Source of the DNA: Paramoeba atlantica
Taxonomy: Eukaryota; Protista; Discosea
NCBI GenBank assembly: GCA_977017575.1
Contig: CDRNVI010000156.1
Location: forward strand, 124,001-188,000
DNA: 64,000 nt
Reading direction: 5' to 3'
In this document: positions 38,554 through 51,500 of the stretch, one piece after another
Layout of the letters: every line of letters begins with the position of its first letter
How positions within the stretch are numbered: the first letter of the stretch is position 1
Position numbers and translations under genes: made by a program
Notes under the pieces: generated by a model
Told to the model about the DNA's origin: nothing
Databases searched by the model: none
Seen by the model: only the letters and a program-made list of their open reading frames with translations

Positions 38554-39100
38554 TCATTTTTTGTGCCCCAGAGGTTTTTGAAATAGTCCCAAACATTTAA
38601 AATAGTCATGATATCGACAAAAAAGACCTCTTTTTTTCGGAAGCAGGTTTTGATGCGGAGAAAAGGGTTTAAATTCGATTGTTTCTTTTTTGGCGTCGTT
38701 CAAAAGGTCTTGAAAATCTCTCAACCTTTTCGTGATGAGGAAGACGAAGAATGAAGGGAGACGAAGAATGAGATTGTTGCGGTTTTTGAATTTTCCAAAG
38801 GTCGTTTCTGGGGTTGTTTTTCGAAGAAAAATTGGATAAAAGTTCCCTCTTTTTCTTTCAAAAAGTCCTTCCATTGTTGATCGAAGGAGTGGGTCGTGCG
38901 TGTGATGATCCCAGAACCCCTTTTCACTGTTGCTGACCATGGAAACACTAACAACTCCTTCCAATTTGGGTCTTTTCGACAACTCAGTCTGAGAAAACTT
39001 GAAAACCAGCTTTCTTTTGCAGCCACCACTCTTTTGTTTCCATGCTCAGGCCCACTTCTTCCTGCTCTACCTTCTTCTCCCCTTTCTTCCACCTCTCCAT
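38554..39100 (-). other. Possible short gene of unknown product; frame and splicing unresolved
   Basis: Less T-run-rich than the surrounding introns, with overlapping open frames (MERWKKGEKKVEQEE...; ...WDHHTHDPLLRSTMEGLF...). I could not build a consistent spliced model. Confidence 0.25.
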
Positions 39101-39338
39101 CTCTTTGAGGAGTCTTCTCTTGTCTTCTTTCTTCTCTTTCCTTCGGAACAGCGAGCAGAAAAGCAAGAAAAAAAGGGAAAAATAAAAATTCCCCTAATTT
39201 AGACAAGATCCCGAGATTTTCCTAATTTAGGTATTTTAGGTTTTCTTTCTTTTTCGTTGTGGCCCAAAGTCAAGGCGTTTGAGGCGTTTTGTCCTCCTTT
39301 TCCTCTCTTTCGTTCTTCTCTTGAGACCTTCTTTCACC

Positions 39339-42300
39339 ATGAAACTCTTCTTTGTTTACTTTCTTTTTGTGACCACTTTTCTTTTCTCTTCTGCGAGTTT
39401 CGTTGAGTTTTCTTGGGGTCTTGATCACCACCAGGTCCGAGGTCTTTCTTGGGGAGAACACAGTTGGGATGATGATGATGAAGTCCCAAAGTATGATGAT
39501 CTTGATCCTTTCTATCCAGCATCTTGGCACTTACATTCAATGGCCACACTTGATTCAAGTCCTTATGCTCAAGTTGATGGTATATAATTTTGTTTTTTCG
39601 CTTCACATTTTCTTTTTTGGTGAGGGCTGAACCATTGCTCGACAGTTCATGTGAATGTGGAGGGAGTCTGGAAGATGGGATTTCAAGGACATGGTCTTTA
39701 TTTCTCTCTTTAATAATAACATTTGAATGTGGAAAAGACTCAAGAAGTTTGAACAGGAATTAGGATTGCCACAAGTTTCATTGCCCCAAATCCAAATCAT
39801 CGTGATCTTGTTGGTCACCTTGAACCAGTGGTAAACTTTTCTTTTTTTTTGTGATTTTCTTTGTCTTCTTGAAACTCTCTTTAACAATTTTTAGGTGACC
39901 ATAAGTAAGCCATCTGAAGTGGCAACCTCCATTATTGGGACTGTTGTAGGAACTGCATTTAACGATGCTTGTACAAGAGGAGTAGCTTATGAAGCTTCTT
40001 ATTCTGTTGTTAGTGTTGGAATTGAGGATGCTATGGATTTAAAGTTTTTGACCATGGATTCGCCTGATATTTTTCTTCAAACTTTTAATGCTGAAAGTGG
40101 CCAAACTCCGTGTGAGTATTGTTGGGAGAATGTGAAGGGTGTCTATGACCGAGGGCTCGTTGTGGTCGCTTTTACAGGTTTTTTCCCGATCTTTCTCCTT
40201 ACATTGGAGTGGTTCAATGCATATTCACATAAGTTTATTTTTTGTGAAAAGGAAATGGAGGAAGACAAGATAATTGTAATTATGATATGTATTCCAATCA
40301 CCCATTTTCGATCTCTGTTGGCTCTCATATGTTTGGGGGTTTTCCAAGCGATTTTGGAGAACCTTGTGCCAATGCGGTTCAATTTTATTTTGATAGAAAA
40401 AAACAAAATTCGAAAACTCTTCTAATCCATCTTTTAGTTGATCTCTGCGCCTGGAGGATCATCTCTGAAAGGAATTCCTGCGCCTTACAAATCTGACAAA
40501 TCTTGTTCCGAAAGAATTGGGGGACAATACTCTGCTGCTATTGTTGGTTTGTTTTTCTTTATCAATTTACTTTTCAAGAGACTGAATATAACTTTGTGTT
40601 TCTGTTAGCTGGTGTTGTTGCATTAATGTTAGAAGCGAGTGCCCGAAGACCAGGTCCTCGAGAAATTGCTCATATCCTTGTAGAAACTTCAAAATTTCCT
40701 GATCAATTCCCTGGTCTTCAAACAAATGGAGCAGGGCTCCTCTTTGATACTCAAGTTCGTTTTTCATCATCCGAAAATCACTGATAAAATCGGTAATTAT
40801 TTTTCTTAGCTTGGATTTGGGATGATTGATGCAGAAGCTGCTGTTAGAATGGCCACACAGAACTCTCTCCCATATTATATTCGCCCAGAAGAGGTACGTT
40901 CTCTTAGAAAAGAAATTTTGTTTTGTTTTCAAATCTTTCGCCATTTATTTCTTCGAAAAGAAAACAACTTCGTTTTATCTGAATATTTTTTCTTTAAAAG
41001 GATATTGTTGTTGAACTCACAACCCGAAAATATATTCCCAATCCAGGAGAACTACGTTTTTCGATTGAGGTCGAAATTCCGGGTCCTTACAAAGACTTTT
41101 TGGTTGATTGGGTTTGACTCAAAAATTTGGTTCCATGTTTTGACCTGATTCATTCTCATTTTTTTGGGGTTAGGTTACATTGGAATTGAATATTGAACAT
41201 GACCAAGCAAGTGATTTAGATATTTCACTGCTTTCTCCTTCTGGAACAAAAAGTGAATTGGCATTTTCACGAAATCAAAAGCCTGATCAGGTTTTTTTCC
41301 TTTGAAAGTTGGAAATCTCTCAATTCATTGAAATTTCATTTGAACCAAAGCTGGATCTTGTACTCTCTTTCCCAACTGGATTTGAACGCCCTATTGCAGT
41401 GAAATCACTCAGTGCAGGTTGGTTTTTTTTTTCAGAAACCTTGTGATTTATTGGAGCTAAAATTTGAGTTTCCAAGCTGGAGATGCTTGGCAAGGAGGCC
41501 AAGTAATTTTATTTGCACCTCGACAATCAGGAGCTTGCTGCAAAATGGAAACGTGTCTCTTCTCTCTTCAAAGGTTGTTGCTTCTTCTTTGTCCCATTGT
41601 TTGGTTGGATGTTCATTCTCCAAATTCTAAAAAAAAAATTCTTTTCATTAGAAAAAGGCCTGGAGTGACTGGAATTTTATTATTGGATTCAAATAAGAAG
41701 TGCACTCAGCACGAAGAGCTTATGGGAGTCCTGAACACAGAAGCTCAGCACCTTGTTGATGGAGTCATTTTTGGTTCACAATTTCGAATTTGACCTTCTT
41801 TTCCATTCTAGATTTTGACCAGCTCTTGCAGAAAATTATGAGGAATTTGAACCAGATTTAAGAAATATTCCTGTTTATTCAACGAATCCAAGTGACTTTC
41901 GATTATATCTCTTTGAAAACCAGCAACAAGTGATGCCTGCAGAGGTGCAGCAAAAAGGAGCGAAAGTTCCAGATCTCTCTTTTGCGCCTTGGAAATTTTC
42001 AACAACCAAACATTGGCGAGAGAAAGCAGAAGGTCAAAATCAATTGATTTTATGAACAAATTAGAAAGGGAATAATCCGTTATTGATTTTGAAATTGAAA
42101 TAGGAACTTGGGTCGTACAAATTAATGACCGAAAGAACGGGGATTCCGGGCTTCTTCGAAGAGCAACATTGAGGCTACATACTTATTCAACACGACCTCC
42201 TCCATCTCCCTCACCAACTCCAATCCCGACTCCAACACCAGTCCCAACACCAACACCAACACCTTATTCTCGAAGAGTAGCCCCTTGTTGTGTCTATTCT

Positions 42301-43215
42301 TTTTTTGGTGATGCAGCAATCAAGCAATGTTTGACACTTGAAACAGATTGCCCAGATATCTCGAATTGGGCGCTCACTGCCCAGTCAATAGAATATGAGG
42401 AGGATTGTGCTGCTCATTGTGTTGCTCCCACTCCCACTCCTACCCCAACCCCACTCCCAACTCCATCCCCAAGTCCATTCCCAAGTCCATCTCCTGCTAC
42501 AAGCAACTGTTGTGTCTATTCTTTCATTCATGATTACAACATCCTGCAATGTCTTGAGATGACAGTTCCTGAATGTGCCCAGTTGTTCAACTGGAAGCTC
42601 CTCTCTGTTGAATATAATAGTGACTGCCATTTTTGTGACCCCCCTTCTCCCACTCCTTCTCCATCACCAACTCCCACACCAACACCAACCCCAACACCAT
42701 CTCCTAGCCCAAGTCCAACTCCAACACCAACCCCAACCCCAACCCCAACACCAACCCCAAGTCCAGCTCCAACTCCAACTCCAACACCCACTCCAACTCC
42801 AACCCCTACTCCAACCCCAACACCCCAATTTATGTCAAACTGTTGTGTCTACAGTCTCGTTTCTGATCCGTCAATCAAAGAATGCATGACCCACACTTCA
42901 AATTGTCCCAGATTACCAAACTGGATTCTGAGTTATGCATCAATAGATGTTGTTGATGACTGTTTCAAATTGTGCACGAATTCATCTTCTCCCTCTCCCC
43001 CAGCCCCTTCTCCCTCTCCCACACCTTTACCACCAACTCCATTATCACCAACTCCAGCACCAGTTTCTTACAAATATCGATGTTGCCTTTATGAGTCATT
43101 TTTTGATGACACAAGATGTTTTACCTATCCAAATGAACAGTGTCATGAATTACAAGGATTAAGATTCTATGATTCATATCCAATTCATGTTCCAGATCAT
43201 TGTGTGTGTCATTAA
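39339..43215 (+). CDS. Kexin/furin-like pseudoprotease K8 (4 CCVY modules)
   Basis: MKLFFVYF...VEFSW leader; [10 protein letters not shown]; [12 protein letters not shown] (D>F); [18 protein letters not shown] (H>V); [16 protein letters not shown] (S>Q). Confidence 0.87.
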
Positions 43216-43395
43216 AATAAAACAAATCAAGATTGTTTTTATTGTTGTCATATGAGGAAAAGCTCTTCTTGTTCTCATCCAATTCAGAAAGCCTCTCATT
43301 TTTATTTTTGAAAAATCTTGTGAATATTGGAGTTGAAATGGTTTTCACCGAAAACTTCAAAAAGGAGTTCGGAACTGAAAAAAATGAAAGAAATT

Positions 43396-46300
43396 CTAGT
43401 CGCAGAAGGAGGAGCAATCATTCTCCTGCTGAGGAATAAACTCAGTGAAGAGAGTGAAGCCAGATAACAAAGGACATTCGATTGTTAAGGTAAGGCATTT
43501 CTTTGCAAGTGTTTCGTCTTCTCTAATGTACCAACAACATCGATCTGGGTTTGGAGTTGGAGTTGGAGAAGGTGTTGTACATCCTGGACCATAAACCAGG
43601 TCTGGATCTATTCCTTGAAATGGACCAACTGTGGAAGAATACCACGTCCGTGCTCTTTTCATTTGGTTAACATCAGGTCCTGTAATCGAAACAGAGACGA
43701 CTGAATCTATGATTCCTTCCCACCGAATGGCATAAAAGGTTTCTTGGGAAGAGGAATATTGCTCCAAGAAACCGTTATTTGATATCGATATTTTATACTA
43801 AATGACAAAATGAAAAAAGGAAAAGTTAAATAGGGGAGCGAGAAGAGAGAATAATTGAGAATTCGAACTCAAACCTCTTGGATTGCAAGATGATTGCAAA
43901 AGGCCAGATCAACATAAAACCGTTCTTCTGTTGATTGAGGATTGGAAAAACTTCCAGAGGTTATGTTATAAGACCAAGTTATTCGAGAAAGGGTTTCATC
44001 ATTCTTCAACCCAACAAATTTTAACTGCAAGGGAGAAGGAAATAATGGAGTTGGAACTGGGGATGGTGTTGGTGTTGGGCTTGGTTCATTGTGATTGCAG
44101 AGATCATAGCATTCTTCGTCTGTGATAAAAAGAGAGGGGAAAAGAAGCCGATATCCAAGCAAATCATGGCACCCTTCATTGATGGGAAAGCAGATATCTT
44201 TCTTTGATTCTCCAAGCTCAGCTGTGTAATAACAGCATTGATTTAGGGCTGAGTTCTCTGAAAACGGGGTTGGTGTTGGAGTTGGGGTTGGAGTTGGGAG
44301 AAGAATTTGCGAAGAGGACATTGAAAATGTATGGAGAGTAAGAGTGGGTGATCGGAGAAGACCAGAGGCAGTTTCGAAATCATCGGCAATCACCAAAGAC
44401 CAGGTTCCTTGAATAAAATAATATGAGGATCATCCTTCTTTTTTCTTCATGTGATGATATGAAGGAGGGAACAAACCTGCGGCACGTTCAAGCCAATGTT
44501 TTGTTGTTGAAAACCCCCAATTCTCGAAAGTTAAGTCCTAAGAAGGGAGGATGAATTTTTATTCAAACAAAGAAGGAAAAAACTTTTCTAAAAACATACC
44601 ACAGATTCTGGCAGTTCTCGAGATTTTGCAAGCTCACTTTTTGTACCGCTTGGGGATATTAAAGTGATACTCAAATGAGCTGGTTGGGGGTGTTGAATAT
44701 CAGCAAAGACTGTAACCTATTGAAAAGTCTTAATTATTTTTTTTCGTGGAAAAATTGTACGCATTTTCTCCAAACATAATCAACAAGAATCGTGTCTTCA
44801 GCTGATATTTCATATAAAACCGTCAGTTTCCCCTTCTCTGGGATCAGTTTCTCCCTGAAAATTGAAGAACGAGGAGACTGAAAAATATTGTCAATGAAGA
44901 AGTGGAGGTCGAAAAAAATATTAAAATGAACCTGCTCAGGGTTGATCAAATAAGGGCGGTTGATCTTCCCTGCTGCCATTTGAACGGCTTTGTACGCATT
45001 AAGATTTCCAAAGCCAATCTATTCAGCAACATAAATTGATTGATCAAGAAGAAAAAACAAATTTTAGATTCAAAACCTTTTCGTTATATTTTAGACCGGC
45101 TCCATTAATTTTATACTCAACACCAATTGGGAATGATGATGTCAAAACAAGAATGTGCGAAATATCTCTTGGTGTTAACGTCGGATTTGCTTGCTTCATT
45201 AGAGCAACAACACCAGCTTTTACAAAATAATGAATAAAGCTTGAAACAAAAAAAAAACATTCAAGGGACCTGTCATTGAAGCTGCATACTGTCCCCCCAC
45301 TCTTTCAGAGCATTCTATTCCATCAGAAAATGACACAGGAATTCCCTTTGAGGTGTCTCCGCCGGGAGCTGAAACAATCTATCCAAATACATGCAATACA
45401 TAGGATTATTAAAATGTGGCTTCATAAAAATTGATGGTTTTCTAAAAAAGCAAAATTCCAAACCACATTAGCGCATGGTTCACTGTACTCACTTGGGATA
45501 CCTTCTGATGTATGAAAACCAACACAAATAGAGAATGGATGATTCGAATACATATCATAATTACAATTATCACCATCCCTCCCATTCCCTAAAATGGTAC
45601 AATTGAGCAAGCAAAGTTGAAAAGAGATTGGATTTTAATTTGAAAGAGAAACCTGCGTAACTCACAACAGGGATCCCACGAGAAACAGCACTCTCGACAT
45701 TTTCCCAACACTTTTTACCTAAAAAAAAGGAAAATCTGATTAAAATGATGAAATGAAAGAAAAAAGAAAAGAAAATCAAACAAAATCGATGGATTTTTCC
45801 TCCTTCAGCAGCAGTAAATGTCAGAAGGAAAATATCTGGCGCATCATCGTCATTCAAGAGAAATTTCAAATCAATCGCAGCCTAACTCAATTCCGAAATC
45901 AATTCATTCCAAATAATCATAGAGAAAGAGAGAAGAGAGAACCTGGCTTCCAGGTTGAATGGTTGAAAAGGAGGCACCATAAGCGACTCCCCGAGTACAA
46001 ACATCATTAAAACCGTTTCCCACTGCTGTTGCCAAAATTGCAGTTGCGATTTCTTGGGGAAAATTGGTTTTTACCTTTTCATTTGAAATGAATGATCGAT
46101 TTTTTTTGAAGGAAAAAGAAAAGAGAAGAGATACTTCTGGGTTTTGGCGGCCGACTAAGTCTTGGTGAGTGTTAAAAGGAGATTGAAAACCATGGCCAAT
46201 CCGAACTCCGGATCCATTGAAACCAAGCTTCTCCCAAACAGGTTGAACATTAATATGACCTTGAAAGAACCAAGCTTACAAATTACCCAGTGGTCATTTC

Positions 46301-46530
46301 AAAAAGAGAAGAAAAAAAAAACCAGTTTGGATCTCTGAAGTGGAGTGGAGGTGCCATGACTCGGCATAAAGAGGGTCGCTTTGTCCTTGTTCTCTCTTCT
46401 CGCTCCTGGACAGATCTCCTCCGGTTACTAAATTCTGTCTCACACTTCCACAATCTTTCCAAACAAAATCATAAGCTTGAAGGGGAGAAAGAATTGTGAA
46501 GAAAACCAGAACAAAACAGATCAAACTCAT
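43396..46530 (-). CDS. Kexin/furin-like pseudoprotease K9 (uninterrupted P-domain; 2 CCxY modules flanking an extra ~120-aa domain)
   Basis: MSLICFVLV signal; DPLYAESWHL; GVRIGHGFQSP (D>F); [18 protein letters not shown] (H>I); GGQYAASMTAG (S>Q). P-domain reads [34 protein letters not shown] with no insert. Confidence 0.85.
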
Positions 46531-46670
46531 CTCATCCCCAAACGAACAACAACAAAACACGCGAAAAAAAAAGAAAAAAGTTTTTCGGTCTGTTTTAAAC
46601 GAAATTTAAATGAAATTTCCTTGTAGATTTACTTTTTCATTGTTGATTTGTCGAATTTTGGTTTTTCTTA

Positions 46671-48494
46671 ATGGTGAAAATTTTCTTTTTTTCTTTTTTT
46701 TTAACTTTTGTTGGACCATTTTTTGTTGCGCAAGTTTTGGTCTTTTGTCTGCTCTCAGTTTTTGTTTCCTCTTCTTTTTTTCTTGTTTTTGGTTCACTCT
46801 CTTAGAGTGTCTATTTCTTCCTGGACCCCTCAATGTTCCGTTTGAGGGCTCTCCGTTTGAGCGACTACTCCAAAATCCCTCTTTTGTACAATGGAATGAA
46901 AAAAGAAATTCAAGCTGGGTATGTGGCGCCTTATCCTCCTGGAATCCTGGGAGCTTTGTGCAGTTCAATGACTGGTTCAAGTACAATTCTTGAAGATCTC
47001 AAAACGGGTTTGTTGAAAAACAGAAAAGAAAATCGAAAAAAGGATTGAAATTGAAGAATCAGGAGAGATTCTTGGATGGTATTTTTCATGCCGAAGTTCA
47101 GTGAGAGAAAAGACTCTCTTTGGATCACAAATCTATTTTCTTCCCAAAGCAAGAGGTTTATTTTTTCAAAAATCTTCCAAAGTTTCAAAAACAAAAACTA
47201 TTCTATGTTTTTTTTCCTTCATTGATTTCCTTGATGGATTTATCCATGATGGAAAACCCTTGAATAAAAAACATCTAAACTGAGTTTGACGATCGAAGGG
47301 AATAGACTCCGGTCTGCTTTGGAATGTGAAGCGCTCCTGCGACAGAAAGATGTTCTTTACTACGAAATGCTCATTGCACCAGACAATCGCTCCTCAATGG
47401 AAAGTCTCACACAAACAGTATCTTTTTTCTCCTCTCTTTTCTTCTCCTTTCTTTTCTTCTCTTCACTTTATTTATTTAGTGTCTCCAACAATTTTTAGAT
47501 GTTCAAACCCTTTGGGGGGACGGTGAAATATCATAAAAAGAGTCCAAATTTTGTTTTATTTCGATGGGGCCCAATCGACCGAACAAAGCTTCAAGACCAT
47601 TTAAATGAAAGGAATGATTTGAGAATTGAAACTGAAGAAATTCAAGAAATTGGACAAACTCAGTTGTTGTTTGACTCGAAAGATCGAACTTCAGAACTCC
47701 CTTGTTCTCCTCCTAAATATCGCCTGAGAGCTCTTCGTTGCAGCGATATCAAAAAAATCGGTCCATTGTACAATGGGTTACAAGATGATGCAATTCAAGA
47801 TGGTTTTGATGCTCCTTATCCTCCAGGAATTTTGGGTTTTTTGGCAACCTCAATGAATCATTCGAGTACAGTCGTGGAGGATCTCATGACAGGTTTTTTT
47901 TTGAAAGGAAAATGTGAGATAAAAAATTTCAAGATTTGAAAACCTGAGAGAAAATAGGAGAGATTGTTGGATGGTATTTTTCGATTCGGAGTTCAAGTCG
48001 AGAAAAAACTCTCTTTGGGGCACAAGTCTGCCTGTTTCCTCAAATACAGGGTTTCTTCCTTCAAATTCAAATGACGAAAAGTAATTGAGCTGAGGGTTTT
48101 TAATTTCTGTGAAAAAGGAAAAGGAATTTTCGATGCTCTAATCTGTGATGCCATCCTCCGACAAAAAGATGTGCTTTATTATGAAGGAATTATTTCCTCC
48201 CAAAGAGGACACTCGATCCTTCAAAATCAATTCCAAACGGTAAAGAAAATGCAATCCTTTTCCTCTTTCTTCAATCCCTGAAGAGTATTAATTTTCCTTC
48301 ATTAGTTATTTAAGTTTGGAGGTGATGTGAAATTACATGAGACTTCAGATTTTACTTTTTTTCGGTGGGGTCCAATCGATAGACAAAAATTGAGAAAGTA
48401 TTTGAATGAAAGAAAAGACCTGAGTTTTGAAACAGAAGAATTTGAAGAAGAGTTTCTGGAATGGGGTTACCCTTTTGATCCTTCCAAACTCTGA
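46671..48494 (+). CDS. Protein of two tandem homologous ~170-aa domains, GNAT-acetyltransferase-like (tentative)
   Basis: Domain 1: FRLRALRLSDYSKIPLLYNGM...APYPPGILG...WMVFF...LRQKDVLYYE...FGG..K....F..FRWGPIDR. Domain 2 repeats each of these motifs. The R.LR.SD...I..LY start resembles GNAT beta1-alpha1. The start codon is uncertain. Confidence 0.55.
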
Positions 48495-48589
48495 AAACCA
48501 ACAAGATTTAAAAACAACAAAAAAAAAGCAAAAAAACTTAATCATCCGAAAAGGGCCTCTTTATTGGCAAATTGTGATTTTAATTTTCC

Positions 48590-51500
48590 TCAATGATGAT
48601 GATTTCCTTTGCAATATGCATAACAATCCGATGTTGAAGAGAGGAAGGATTGATCTAAGACAGAATTTTGGATTGGAGGACACTCTGACAACGTGAGAGG
48701 GATACACCTAAAGTCAGCTGTGTTGAGAGCTAAATAGATACAACACAGGTATTCAGTGTACGGTGTTGGGGTTGGAGTTGGGGTTGGAGCTGGTGGGATG
48801 GTTGGAGTTGGAGTTGGTGTAGGGGTAGGACTTGGGGTTGGCGTGGGAGTTGGGACAGGTGTTGGTGGGGGAGTTGGAGTAGGGGTGGGTGTGGGAGGAG
48901 GAAAACAAATTCCCAAGCATTCAGTTTCTGTGATATATGATTGGGTATTAAAGTTCCATCCGTTCATTGGCAGGCAGTATGTCTCATCCGAAGAGGAACA
49001 TTGTTGAATGGAAGGAACCAATTCGTGGTTATAAACACAACAAGTTCTCAGCAGGACTGGGGTTGGAGTTGGTGTTGGGGTTGGGGTTGGTGTGGGTGTG
49101 GGTGTGGGAGTTGGGGAGGGAGAAGGTGTTGGTGTTGGTGTTGGTGTTGGCGTTGGTGTTGGTGTTGGTGTTGGTGAAGGTGTGGGAGGGAAACAGATCT
49201 CTCGGCACTCTTCCTCATAACGAAGAGACTCAAAAAGTAATTCCCAGTTTGGGAGAGAAGGACAAGGGTCATGAAAGGACAAACATTGCTTGACGGTAAA
49301 ATCGGGTGTTGCGAAAACACAACAGTTTGAGAGCAACCTGGTAGGAGTTGGTGTTGGTGTTGGTGATGGAGTTGGGGTAGGTGTTGGAGTTGGGACAATA
49401 ACTGGGGTTGGGGTAGGTGTGGGGGTTGGAAGAGGGGTTGGGGTTGGAGTTGGGATAGGGGTTGGGGTTGGTGACGGAGAAGGAGATGGGGACATTGTTG
49501 GAGTTGGAGTGGGTGGGATTGCCTTCTTAAACGTGTGGAGAGTGAGGGTGGAGGAACGGAGAGTACCGACATCATCTTCAAATTCATCAAAAATATCCAA
49601 AGACCATGTTCCTTTTGATGAAAAAGTTTTAAGAATTTTTTGAAAGAAAAGAAAAAGCTAAAAAGTATAAAACCTGCGGCAGGTTCAAGCCAATGCTTTG
49701 TGGTTGTAAATCCCCATTTATCAAAGGCGAGGCCTTCAACTTTATCAACTGGGGCGCGAAATCGAACATTGGACTTTTGATTTAATATGGATCTTAATTG
49801 ACGATATTCCTTGGGCCAAAATGTGAATGATGGGATAGATTCAATAACAGATGAAGATGCTCCATTCCATTCTTTTTTCAAAAAAAAAAGGAAATTATCA
49901 ATAAATTAGTTTTATGGCAAAATAAAAAGAAAAGAAAATCGAAAAATATGAACCAAAAAAAATTGCATCAGGGAGAACATGACCAGGGCGAGGGGTCAGA
50001 ATCTCGGCAACTTCGACATCACGAGAACAATATGATTGCCGAGGCAACATCAAAATTGTGAGCGTATCTGACGTCGCGCCTTGGAGAGGAGTAAAAGTGC
50101 ATGTATGGCGTTGGCAACAACCCCCAAAATCGGTTGTTGTGTACAAATAGGCCTCACCATCTCTTCCCCACGAATCCCCAGCTACATGGACAAGCAAATG
50201 AGTGTTAAAAGAAAACCCAGGTGTTTTCTCGAGTCATAACAAAATTACCTGGTGAAATTGATTCAAGGGGAAGAGTGAAAAGAAGGGTTGAGCCAGAAAA
50301 AAAAGAAATATTTTTTCCTTCAGAATGAAGAGTGTGCCGAGGAAATGCAAGGTAACTTTCTGTCCCACTGGGCGATTTTAATCTAATTCTCAAATCTCCA
50401 GCATTTGGGTGTTGAATATCAGCATTCACGGTCACCTATCCAAAGATAAATTGAGAAATTGTCTCTTTTCGAAAAAAATTAGATTCTAGTTGAAGTAACA
50501 AACCCAATCCACCAACACGTCTTCCTCAGCTGAGACACCATACGACACAGCCAATTTACCCGAATCAGGAATAGCCAATGCATTCGATTTTTTAATCCTC
50601 AGGGACTATCAAAACACAGAAAAATCAATTGGAGTGATATTTTTTCTGTAAAATGAATTGAAAAAAACCTCGAGAGGGGCAATGAGGTATGGTCGAGGGA
50701 GACGTTGTGATGCCATTCGAACAGCTCCTTTTGCATGAATATTTCCAAATCCAAGCTAAATCTTCTGGGTCAGAAAAAAGATGAAAGAGAAAAATGACGT
50801 AACAACTTTCAAACAACCTTTTCATTATATTGGAGCCCAGCCCCATTTGTTTGGGTGGGAACACCAGGTAAGGTGGCTGTTGAAACAAGAATGTGTGCAA
50901 TGTCTCTGGGTGTTAACGATGGATTTGATTGCTTTATTAGAGCAATAACACCAGCTTGTCAAAAAATGAGGAGATGAGACTGATTGCAACAAATCAAAGA
51001 AGAAAAAAGAAAAAAGGTCCTGACCAGTGATTGAAGCAGCGTATTGGCCTCCTGATCTCTCAGAACAATCTGACCCATCTGAAAAAGAAACAGGAAGACC
51101 GAAACTTTCTGATCCTCCAGGAGCGGAGACAAGCTACAACACAATTCCAAATTGATTCAGAATCAAAGAAAAAGAAAAAAGACGGAAATTTAAAAAAACT
51201 TGCAAACCACACTCGTACATGGTTCACTAAAATCACTTGGATAACCTCCCACTAGATGAGAACCAACCGTAATTGAGAGTGGGTGATTGGCGTACATATC
51301 ATAATTACAATTATCACGTTCATACCCATTCCCTAAAAGAATCTTTCTTTCAGATGAAAAATCTCAAAATTTACCAAAATATTTCAAATTAATTTTCTTT
51401 TTTTTTACCTGCATAGCCTACAACAGTAACTCCACGAGAGACAGCACCCTGCACATTTTTCCAACACTTCTCACCTTTTGAGATTAGGTATTTAATGAAA

